Below are positions 39,502 to 48,586 of a stretch of 64,000 nucleotides of DNA, piece after piece. Origin of the DNA: an uncultured bacterium (GTDB lineage: Bacteria > Verrucomicrobiota > Verrucomicrobiia > Limisphaerales > UBA8199); assembly GCA_963749495.1 (NCBI GenBank), contig CAVVMW010000006.1, forward strand, positions 1,024,001 to 1,088,000, given 5' to 3'. Under the pieces are notes generated by a model. That model saw only the letters and a program-made list of their open reading frames with translations. It had not been told where the DNA came from and ran no database searches. Within the stretch, counting starts at the first letter, position 1. Every line of letters begins with the position of its first letter. Made by a program: the position numbers and the translations under genes.

Positions 39502-41183
39502 ATGCTTAAGAACCCATCCACCAAGTACCGCGCCTTCCCGCCGGTGCCCTTGCCCGACCGCCAATGGCCCAACCGGGTGATGACCCAGGCCCCCGCCTGG
39601 TGCAGCGTCGATCTGCGCGACGGCAACCAGGCCCTGGCCGTGCCGATGAACGTGAGCCAGAAACTCGAATTGTTCCAGGCCCTGGTCAAGTGCGGGTTCA
39701 AGGAAATCGAGGTCGGCTTCCCATCGGCCTCGAACACCGAATTCACCTTCAACCGCCGGCTCATCCAGGAGCACCGCGTCCCGGAGGACGTCTGGGTCCA
39801 GGTCCTGGTCCAGGCGCGCGAGGACCTCATCGAACGGACCTTCCAGTCCCTGGCGGGCGCCAAACGCGCCATCATCCATCTCTACAACTCGACCTCGCCC
39901 GCCCAGCGGCGCATTGTCTTCGGCATGTCCCGGCCTGAGATCATCCGGGTGGCGGTGCGCGGGGCGCAACTGATCCAGGAGCGGCTGCCGCGCCTGGCCG
40001 GCACCCAGGTGCGGCTCCAGGTACTCCCCCGAGAGCTTCAGCGCCACCGAAGTCGAGTTCGCCCGGGAAATCTCCGAGGCGGTCATGGACATTTGGCGGC
40101 CGGCGCCCGAGCGCAAGATGATCCTGAACCTGCCGGACACGGTCGAGGTGGCCACGCCCAACGTCTATGCCGACCAGGTGGAATGGATGTGCCGGAACAT
40201 CAAGGACCGGGATTCACTGCTCATCAGCCTCCACACGCACAACGACCGCTGCACCGGCGTGGCGGCAACCGAGCTGGGCCTTTTGGCCGGCGCCGACCGC
40301 GTCGAGGGGACCCTCTTTGGCAACGGCGAGCGCACCGGCAACCTCAACCTGGTCACCGTGGCCCTGAACCTTTACATGCAGGGCATCGATCCGAAACTGG
40401 ATTTCAGCGACCTCAATGCCCTGCGCGAGGTCTATGAGCGGTGCACCGGCATGACGGTGCCTCCGCGCCAGCCTTATGCGGGAGAGCTGGTCTTCACCGC
40501 CTTCAGCGGCTCGCACCAGGACGCCATCAAGAAGGGCCTGGGCGAATGGGCCAAGGAGGGCGGCCGCCGGCCCTGGGACGTGCCTTACCTGACGATCGAC
40601 CCGACCGACATCGGCCGCCAGTACCGGGAGGTCATCCGCGTCAACAGCCAGTCCGGCAAGGGCGGCGTGGCCTACCTGCTGGAGACCGAGTTCGGCATCG
40701 AACTGCCCAAGGAGATGCAGCGCGAGTTCGGCCCGATTGCCAACAACGAGGTGGACCGGCTCGGCCGCGAGGTCAGTGGCGCCGAGTTGAAGGACATGTT
40801 CTGGCGCGAGTACATCGAGCGCGCCGCCCCCTGGCAGCTCGAGGGATTCGAGACCGAGACCAAAGACGGCGCCGTCCGGTGCCGCGCCCGCCTCCTGCGC
40901 GAGGGCCAGCCGATTCGAGCTCAGCGGCCAGGGCAACGGCCCGCTGGCCGCCCTGGTCCACGCCTTCGCCTCGGCGGGCGTGCCCCGCTTCGAGATCGCC
41001 CACTACAGCGAGCATGCCTTGAGCGCCGGCGAAGAGGCCTCCGCCATCGCCTACATCCAGATCCGCCAGCACGACGGCCCCACCCGCTGGGGCGCCGGGG
41101 TCGATACCAACATCGAACTGGCCTCGGTCCGCGCCGTGCTCAGCGCCCTCAACCGCTGCAGCGCCCCGTCCCAGGATGGGTGA
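39502..41183 (+). CDS. leuA: 2-isopropylmalate synthase (yeast/actinobacterial type), frameshifts near 40021 and 40915
   Basis: WCSVDLRDGNQAL, EVGFPSAS, YSPESF, NLPDTVE, HTHNDR, GNGERTGN, SGSHQDAI, VNSQSGKGG, GNGP, YSEHAL. Confidence 0.95.
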
Positions 41184-41243
41184 ACACCCTATGGCAAAGG
41201 CCCGGCCCACACTCTAAGCTTGGCTCCAAAACCAGATCGACTT

Positions 41244-41549
41244 ATGGCGGAATCATCCTCGGCATCCTCTGGGCCTCAGCCCCAAAAGACCAAACGCCCG
41301 CCCAGCGCGGCATTCATGAAACCGGTGCAGCCGGATGAAAAGCTCGCTGCTGTCATCGGCAACGACCCCGTCCCGCGCACCGAAGTCACACGCAAGCTCT
41401 GGGATTACATCCGCGCTCACAACCTCCAGGACCCGGCCAACAAGTCCCAGATCGTCGCCGACGACAAGCTCAAGCAGGTCTTCGACGGCCGCGACCGGGT
41501 CACCATGTTCGAGATGACCAAGCTGGTCTTCAACCACGTGGTGAAGTGA
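41244..41549 (+). CDS. Stand-alone SWIB/MDM2 domain protein
   Basis: AFMKPVQPDEKLAAVIG...RTEVTRKLWDYI...LQDP...ADDKL...MFEMTKLV. Confidence 0.9.
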   Translation: MAESSSASSGPQPQKTKRPPSAAFMKPVQPDEKLAAVIGNDPVPRTEVTRKLWDYIRAHNLQDPANKSQIVADDKLKQVFDGRDRVTMFEMTKLVFNHVVK

Positions 41550-41557
41550 GCGGCCGC

Positions 41558-41734
41558 AGTGAAGGCGCGGGTGTCACGGGGGCAGACCCCTCACCCCGGC
41601 CCTCTCCCCTTCGGAAGGGGAGAGGGGGAAGCGTCGGCAGTCTCCTGAACTTCCAGGGATCTCTCTGCTTCGTCCAGTGGCTGCGGAGAACTCTCCCTCT
41701 CCCCTTCCGAAGGGGAGAGGGTTGGGGTGAGGGG
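41558..41734. repeat. Full REP-like element CCCCTCACCCCGGCCCTCTCCCC ... GGGGAGAGGGTTGGGGTGAGGGG
   Basis: Long inverted arms each with an internal CCCCTTCGGAAGGGG-type hairpin. Confidence 0.9.
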
Positions 41735-41789
41735 TAGGGCGGGGACTCCGGCGTGCCGGGCCGGTCCGAGCTGCCCCGGACGCCCTGCG

Positions 41790-42785
41790 CTATTCCCAGA
41801 TCTGATTGTAAAACTGGACAATGTCCCCCGGGTCCTTGGCCTCTTTGAACTTGATGGCGGAGCGGGGGTGCTCGTTGAGCAGGCCGGTGAGCATGTAAGG
41901 CAGGTCAAAGCCCCACATCAGCTTGGAGCGCAGCGGTTCGATGGTGTCCTGGACGCAACGCAGCACCGGCAGCAGGTTGTACTTGGGGTTGTGCAGAAAG
42001 CCGATGAGCAATTCCATCGGCGTATTGCCCGCGCCGCGGCCCAGGCCCGCCATGCTGGCGTCCAGGAGGTTGGCGCCCAGGACGATGGCCTCGATCGTGT
42101 TCGAAAAGGCCAACTGCAGGTTGTTGTGCGCGTGCATTCCCACCTCCTTGCCCGCCGCCTTGCAGTAGTGGAGGTACTTGCGGACCAGGTACTGCACCTG
42201 CTCGCTGTAGAGCGTGCCGAAGCTGTTGACGACATAGATGGCCCGGGTCTCCGATTTGGCCAGCAATTCCAGCCCCTCATCCAGTTCATACTCGGGCACC
42301 GTCGAGACCGCCATCAGGTTGACGCTCGTCTCGTAGCCCTTGTCGTGGGCGTCTTTGACCATCTCCAGCGCGGTGGGGATCTGGTTGATGTAGGTCGCCA
42401 CGCGGACCATATCGATGACGCTCTGGTTCTTGGGCAGGATGTCCTCGTGGTAGTCGGTGCGTTCCGCGTCCGCCATCACGGAGAGCTTCAGGGACGTTGG
42501 GTTGTCGCCCACGATGCGCCGGAGGTCCTCCTCGGTGCAATACTTCCAGGGGCCGTATTCGCCAGGCACAACGATCTTGCGCGAGGCCTTGTAGCCCAGC
42601 TCCATGTAGTCGACGCCCGCCTCGACGCACGCGCTATAGACCGCCTTGACGACCGCGTCGTCGAACCGGTGGTTGTTCATGAGGCCGCCGTCGCGGATCG
42701 TGCAGTCCAGGACCTTAATCTCGGGGCGATAGCCGACCCATCGGCCCGCCGGCGTCTCTTTGGATTTGTTGGTCTTCGCAGGCAT
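41790..42785 (-). CDS. DRE-TIM metallolyase (4-hydroxy-2-oxovalerate aldolase-like catalytic domain)
   Basis: LDCTIRDGG, MELGY, GMHAHNNLQLAFSNT, GLGRGAGN. Confidence 0.85.
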   Translation of the reverse strand: MPAKTNKSKETPAGRWVGYRPEIKVLDCTIRDGGLMNNHRFDDAVVKAVYSACVEAGVDYMELGYKASRKIVVPGEYGPWKYCTEEDLRRIVGDNPTSLKLSVMADAERTDYHEDILPKNQSVIDMVRVATYINQIPTALEMVKDAHDKGYETSVNLMAVSTVPEYELDEGLELLAKSETRAIYVVNSFGTLYSEQVQYLVRKYLHYCKAAGKEVGMHAHNNLQLAFSNTIEAIVLGANLLDASMAGLGRGAGNTPMELLIGFLHNPKYNLLPVLRCVQDTIEPLRSKLMWGFDLPYMLTGLLNEHPRSAIKFKEAKDPGDIVQFYNQIWE

Positions 42786-42889
42786 GTTTTCGCCTAATCA
42801 TAGTGGTGGCCCCGGCTTTTTCAACAAGAGATTTGACCCGGGATGGATTTGCCAAAGGGGCCAGAGCGATTTAGAAATTGCACCTGGGA

Positions 42890-44057
42890 ATGGATCAAAA
42901 TGCGAGCAAAGCGAGCAAGCCGGTCCGGATGCGCCGCTGGCTGGCTGTGGCCGCGCTGGTCGTGGCGCTGGCGGCCGTCTCCGGCTGCCAGACATTGAGC
43001 TTCTACCGGCAGGCCATCCAAGGCCAGTATCAACTGGTCACCCGGGCGCGGCCGATCCAGAAGCTCCTGGCGGAGCCGCAAACGCCCGGCCGGCTCAAGG
43101 AGCGGCTCCAGTTGGTGCTCAAGCTGCGCTCGTTCGCCGCGCAGACCCTCAAGCTGCCGGTTGATGGCCACTACCGGAAATACACGGACGTGCACCGTCC
43201 GTTCGTGGTCTGGAACGTCGAGGCGGCGCCCGAGTTCTCCATGCAGCCCAGGACGTGGTGGTATCCCCTGGTCGGCAGCCTCGAGTACCGCGGCTATTTC
43301 TCCGAACGCGGCGCGCGCGACTACGGGCGTTGCCTGGAACGAAAGGGCTATGATGTCTATATCGGCGGGGCCCAGGCCTATTCCACCCTCGGCTGGTTCA
43401 AGGACCCGGTCCTCAGGTACCTTCATCTTCGAGCCGGACGCCGACCTGGCCGAGGTCATCTTCCACGAACTGGGCCACCAACGGGTCTTTGCCCGAGGCG
43501 ACACCGATTTCAACGAGGCCTTCGCCACCACCGTGGGCCAGGAAGGGGCGCGCCGCTGGCTGCGCGCCCAGGGCCAGGCGGCCGCTTTCGAGCAATACGA
43601 GGCCGAGTTGCGGCGCAACGGCCAATTCGTGCGCCTTATCATGAATGCCCGCACCCAACTCGAGGCCCTCTATGGCGACAAACGCACCGAGTGGGGCAAA
43701 GTCACGGCCACCCAAGAGAAACACGCCGTGGCCCGCGAACAACTCCGGCGCGACAAACAACGCATCTTCGAGCGCCTCCAACTGGCCTACGCCCAACTCA
43801 AGGCCTCGTGGGGCGGGGACGCCGAATATGACGCCTGGTTCGCCCGCGCCCTCAACAACGCCCAGCTTAACTCCGTGGCGGCCTATTACGACCTGGTCCC
43901 CGGTTTCCAGCAACTCCTGGCCAGCAAAGGCGGCAACCTCGAAGAATTCTACCAGGCCGCCGAGCGCCTCGCCAAGATGCAGAAAAAGCAGCGCCACCAG
44001 CGCCTGCGCAGCCTGGCGGAAACGGGCGCGGGCCCGTCTCTGAACGAGGGCCGTTGA
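42890..44057 (+). CDS. Putative aminopeptidase lipoprotein (zincin, HExxH), frameshifted near 43417
   Basis: Lipobox VSGC, WWYPLVGSLEYRGYF, AYSTLGWFKDP, IFHELGHQ, FNEAFA, LNNAQL. Confidence 0.85.
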
Positions 44058-44249
44058 CAAAGTTGTAGCGCAGGTTTCCAAACCTGCTGTATCGCCGATT
44101 TCCAATCGGCAGAGCGCCGGCATGTCGAGCGCCCCCGGTTTGCGGACGGCCTGCGGGTTTGGAAACCCGCGATACAGCAGGTTTGGAAACCTGCGCCACG
44201 CTGGCGCCACTGGCGCAAAGGCGCGCCGAGGGACTTTGTCAATGACCCT
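44047..44249. repeat. Nested element: 17-bp outer inverted repeats enclosing a GTAGCGCAGGTTTCCAAACCTGC REP doublet
   Basis: AGGGCCGTTGACAAAGT / ACTTTGTCAATGACCCT outer arms; gcgcaggtttccaaacctgctgtatcgc / gcgatacagcaggtttggaaacctgcgc inner arms. Confidence 0.82.
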
Positions 44250-44370
44250 GGCCTCTGAAGACGACGCAATAGGCCGGCTTGACTTTCGTCTCAACCCTCT
44301 TACGATGGAGCGCATGCTGAACGACGCTACCTGGTGCGGGGAGGATTAGCGCGCAACGGAGCCCCGGTTC

Positions 44371-45783
44371 ATGGGCAACCTTCTGGCCATTTTCTTTTGG
44401 GAATCGTTTTTGAGCTTGCTGTTCGTGGCGGCGACCGGGGTCCTGGTCTGGCGCCTGGCGGTCGGGCGCGAGGGGCCCAAGGGCTGGGGCTGGCTGCTCG
44501 GGTGGTCGGTCAAGGGGCTGCTCCTTCCGTTTCTGTTCTGGGCGTTGATGAACCTGGGCTTATCGTGGGATTTCCACGCGTTCATCCCCGAGATCCAGGC
44601 GGCGCAGAACAAGGGCGGCGACTGGCTGCCGGTCTATCTCCAGTTCCTGGGCAAGGGCCTCTTCATCCTCAGTGCCGATTGGGCGGCGTTGACCCTGGGC
44701 TGGGCCGTTTGGCGCACCGGAGACGCACTCGAAGAGGCGGGGCGCCGGAACCTCAAGTCCCTGTGCTGGACCTACGGCCTCGGGCTTGTCCTGCCGGCCG
44801 GAGCGCTCCTGTGGTGGGGCGGCTTGCCCCTGCTTGGCTGCGCCGCCGCCGTCATCCTGGTTCCCATTGCGGCCTATGCCCCCGGCATCGTCAACGCGCC
44901 AAAACTGCCTCCGCTTTACAGCCGCGCCGTTGCCAGGATGAAACTCGGCAAGTACGCCGAGGCCGAGTGGGAGATCATCCGCGAACTGGAGAAGTGCGAG
45001 GACGATTTCGAGGGCTGGATGATGATGGCCGAGCTTTACGCCAACCATTTCCACGACCTGGCCGAGGCCGAGCGGACCATCCTCGAACTCTGCGGCCAAC
45101 CCATTGTGACGCCTTCGCAGGTCTCCGTGGCCCTGCACCGGCTGGCCGATTGGCAATTGAAACTGGCAGGCAATCCCGAGGCGGCGCGCCGCGCCCTGCA
45201 GATGGTCTGCGACCGTTGCCGCGGCACGCACCTGGCCCACATGGCTCAGCTCCGCCTTAGCCAGTTGCCCGGCACAGTGGACGAACTGCGCGAACAGCAG
45301 CACGCCAGCCCCATCCACTTGCCGGCCCTGGGCGACCAGTTCGACCAGGCCCCCGCCTCCGACTCCAAACTGGAGCGCCGCAAAGCCGCCACACTGGCCA
45401 ATCACTGCGTCGATAGGCTCATCCGCGATCCCAACGATGTGCCGGCCCGCGAAAAGCTGGCGCGGCTCTGCGCCGAGCACCTCGACCAGGCCGGCCTGGG
45501 CCTGGAGCAATTGCGGCTGCTGCTCGACATGAGCGGCCCGACCGAGTCCCAGCGCGCCGAGTGGCTCGGCCTCATGGCCGCCTGGCAACTCAGATACCGC
45601 CACGATGAACCCGCCGCCCGAGATTGCCTCCAGCGCCTGCTCCGGGAATTCCCACACTCTCCCCAGGCCCTGGCCGCCACCCGCCGCCTCCAGTTACTCG
45701 ACGCCCAGCACAAACAGCAACAGGCCGCCCACTCCGCCCCCGCCCCAAGGACCATCCGCCTCAGCGACCCAACAGATGGATGA
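44371..45783 (+). CDS. Membrane protein with C-terminal TPR-like repeats
   Basis: Several N-terminal TM helices; YSRAVARMKLGKYAEA and other helical repeats. Confidence 0.7.
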   Translation: MGNLLAIFFWESFLSLLFVAATGVLVWRLAVGREGPKGWGWLLGWSVKGLLLPFLFWALMNLGLSWDFHAFIPEIQAAQNKGGDWLPVYLQFLGKGLFILSADWAALTLGWAVWRTGDALEEAGRRNLKSLCWTYGLGLVLPAGALLWWGGLPLLGCAAAVILVPIAAYAPGIVNAPKLPPLYSRAVARMKLGKYAEAEWEIIRELEKCEDDFEGWMMMAELYANHFHDLAEAERTILELCGQPIVTPSQVSVALHRLADWQLKLAGNPEAARRALQMVCDRCRGTHLAHMAQLRLSQLPGTVDELREQQHASPIHLPALGDQFDQAPASDSKLERRKAATLANHCVDRLIRDPNDVPAREKLARLCAEHLDQAGLGLEQLRLLLDMSGPTESQRAEWLGLMAAWQLRYRHDEPAARDCLQRLLREFPHSPQALAATRRLQLLDAQHKQQQAAHSAPAPRTIRLSDPTDG

Positions 45784-45858
45784 GTGGATGAATGGATTGA
45801 TGGATTGATGGATGAATGGCTAAGCCCATCGGTCCACCAATCCATCAATCCATCAATC
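45775..45858. repeat. 8-mer tandem hairpin (GATGGATT)n / (AATCCATC)n between convergent genes
   Basis: Starts at the last codons/stop of the TPR gene; inverted arms. Confidence 0.88.
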
Positions 45859-45864
45859 GGTGCC

Positions 45865-46689
45865 TTAAAGGTTGGGGGCGTAGGCGATGAATTCGCGATA
45901 GCGGGTCAGAATGCTGCGCAGGGCCGCCACCAAGGCAGCCTCCTTGAGATACGTGGGCGCCGCCTGAGGGGTCTCGAGGGTGATCTCGAAGGGGCGCGGG
46001 CTCACGCTGGGCGGGGCGCGGAGCACCCCCGGGTAACCCTCGCGGATGATCCCGCGGCGGGCGCGAAAACCATCGATCTTGTCGTCGCCGTTTCGCGGCA
46101 GAAACTGCTCCGCCGCCTGCAGCGCCGGCTCGACCAAGTGCTCCGTCAGCGTCGCGCCATGGGCAAAACCGTAAAAACCATGGCTGGCGCTGTCTGTGTG
46201 CAGCGAGACGATCCCATGAAAGGAGTGCGACACCAGTTCGGATTCCAGCAGCTTGACCTCCGGCTCGCTCGACCCTCTCCAGAACTCCCGGTTCAGGTCC
46301 TTGCCCGCTCGCGAATTGCGGGTGCGGTCCTCGAACCCGGTCGGGTTGCAGATTGGATAGACAAAGAGGCAGTAGCCCGCAGCCAGGTCCGGCGCCTGCT
46401 CCAGCAAAGTCAAGAGCCGGACCAGCGCGTAAGCGCCCTCGGGCTCGTCGCCATGGATCCCGGCAAAGATCCCGATGCGCAACGGCTCGTCCCCTCCTTT
46501 GGGGCCGACAAACAGGCAGCGCAGCAGCCGGCAAGTTTGGCCACACGACTCGAAGCTGGCCCCTCCATCCAGGATGAGGTTCACGGAATTGGCCGCCAGG
46601 GCCTCCAGAGGTTGAGCAATCCGGGCCGGCGAGCGCCGCGGCGGGGCGGGCGGAGCCAAAGCCGAGAGACTGTCTGCAAGTAATGGCAT
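45865..46689 (-). CDS. M14 metallopeptidase / succinylglutamate desuccinylase-aspartoacylase family
   Basis: AGIHGDEPEG, PICNPTG...RNS..GKDLNREF, SLHTD, ITLETP. Confidence 0.85.
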   Translation of the reverse strand: MPLLADSLSALAPPAPPRRSPARIAQPLEALAANSVNLILDGGASFESCGQTCRLLRCLFVGPKGGDEPLRIGIFAGIHGDEPEGAYALVRLLTLLEQAPDLAAGYCLFVYPICNPTGFEDRTRNSRAGKDLNREFWRGSSEPEVKLLESELVSHSFHGIVSLHTDSASHGFYGFAHGATLTEHLVEPALQAAEQFLPRNGDDKIDGFRARRGIIREGYPGVLRAPPSVSPRPFEITLETPQAAPTYLKEAALVAALRSILTRYREFIAYAPNL

Positions 46690-47157
46690 ATCAATTGAGT
46701 ACTTCAGTTCAAACTGGGGGCAAAGCTACGCCGAATAGTGAGTATGTCAACAAGAATAGTGTACTATATCCCCTTTAGAATGCCTGCACCATAGCGCTGA
46801 ATCGTCGGAGGCATACGATCGGATGCGTGCCGTTTTCATGCTCGACATGGTATTCAGAGCATTGTCAACTGAGAGTTGTGATGACCCAGAAACGCAATGC
46901 GGTGTCGGCTTGGACAACTTGGGCGTTTCATCGCAAACTATAATCTGTCGTGAGGATGGACCATTTAACCGAACTGGAATTCACTGCTGGATGGAGTCGA
47001 ATGCGCAGGGCGCGCCATCCATCATGACGTAGGCTCCCCGTATGATAACGTTGAACTCACTTGCCCTCGAAGGCTATAAGTCCATCAGGATCTGCCTGGA
47101 TCTCAGCTTTGGCAAGCTTAATGTTCTCATTGGCGCCAACGGTTAGGACGCGTCCTT

Positions 47158-48330
47158 TCATCCTGCTAAGTCCAGCACCGCAGGCTCTTTGGCAAAAATC
47201 AGCGCCTGGAGGCGTTCGCGACCGCCACGGGCTGAGAGGAAGCGCTGCCGGAAGCTCTTGGTGTTGAATTTCGATTTGGGGTTGTGCTTGCGCGCTTTGT
47301 CAACGGCGGCATTGGACAAGCTGAGCACGACCCGCCGGAGCATGCCCAGCACCAGAGCGGAATTGGGGGTTCGCACCCGACTCAAGTCCTCCTGCATGGT
47401 AATGTCCAGGCAGTGGTGGAGTCGGCTTTCAATGACCCAGTAGTGCCGTTTGAGCTGGAGCATTCCCAGGGCCTGCAACTGCTCCAGCGTCAGGCTGCTC
47501 AACAGAAACACCACTTCCCGGGTCCATTCGCCCCCGCGTTTGACTCGGGTTTCCAGTCGAGCCGCCAAGCGGGCACCCGGAAAGCCCACCTGGCTGGGGT
47601 TCACTTCCAGGCATTGCAGGAAACGAATTTCCAATCGGCCCCGATTGTGCTCGCGCCTCAAGACTCGGGTGCGCGGGCTGGCCTGCCTGCCGGTAGGCAG
47701 GCCTGAGGGGGAAAAGGCCCGTTTTTCAAACAGGTCTTGCAGAGTCGCTTGGAGGGTCGGTTGGTTGCCCTTGACCGTCATGAGGTAATCGCCCCCTTGC
47801 TCGTAGAGGATCTGTTGACCGGTCTCCACCTGGGTGTGCGCCGCGCCGCTTAACACGATCTTGCCGGTGAGGTCCAGGCGCTTGAGCACCTGGCGGGCCG
47901 CCGGGATCTCGTTGCTCTTAGCCTCGGTGATCATCCCGGCCAGCGGATAGCCCAAGGCTTGGGCACGGCGAAACTCCGGCAACTCCCGCCGCACCGAATC
48001 CATCAAACTGCGGATTTCTTTGACCGGGGTCGTGCAGTGCGCCCTGGCTGCGGCCTCCACCATCGCCCACTCCGGGGGCAGTTGCGGCGCGCGCAGTTTG
48101 ACGCAGGCCTTCTTGACCAGTTCCCGCACCCAGATCTGCTTTGGGGCATCGTGCTTGATGTAAAAATCGGCCGCATCGCGTTTCCAACCGGCCGTTTTGC
48201 CCAAGTGCAACCAGCCGCTGACCTTGTAGGCGGTGCCCTGATAGAGCTGCGGATCAACAAAGCTCTCCACCAAAGCCAGGGGATGTCCCCACCGCCCCCG
48301 CCAGTCTTGGGACAGGGGCTCCAGCAAAAG
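47158..48330 (-). pseudogene. Degraded DUF4338-ISAs1 family transposase (5'-truncated, internally deleted)
   Basis: LVESFVDP...GTAYKVSGW (DUF4338 tail); KSNEIPAA, GAAHTQ in place of the usual DAxHxQ, VKGNQ, YWVIESRLHHCLDITMQED. Confidence 0.8.
47680..47703. repeat. Short palindrome GGCCTGCCTGCCGGTAGGCAGGCC inserted in frame in the ISAs1 relic
   Basis: 9-bp perfect arms; adds GLPTGRQ. Confidence 0.7.
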
Positions 48331-48586
48331 TGATAACCCCTTCACCCGCAATGGCGCCCTCACCTGGAAAGCCGCGCCCTAGCTTTTTCGCCGGGGAAAT
48401 GACCGGTCAGACGGCCCTGCCGAACAATCGGCCAACCACAATGAGCCAGGACGAAAACCGCAATTCGGAGTTGAACGCGATGGCACCGCGCGCAGGAACG
48501 CGCCGCATGGCGCGTTCCTGCCGGGTTTCCGGGCCCCGGTATCGCGGTTCCCTCGCGCGCGGACTGCCGGGGCGGGGCCCTGTTGA

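Noticed and set aside
46790..47157. Lower-GC stretch with short ORFs next to the ISAs1 relic
   Set aside because: No recognisable protein or RNA motif; probably a foreign remnant.
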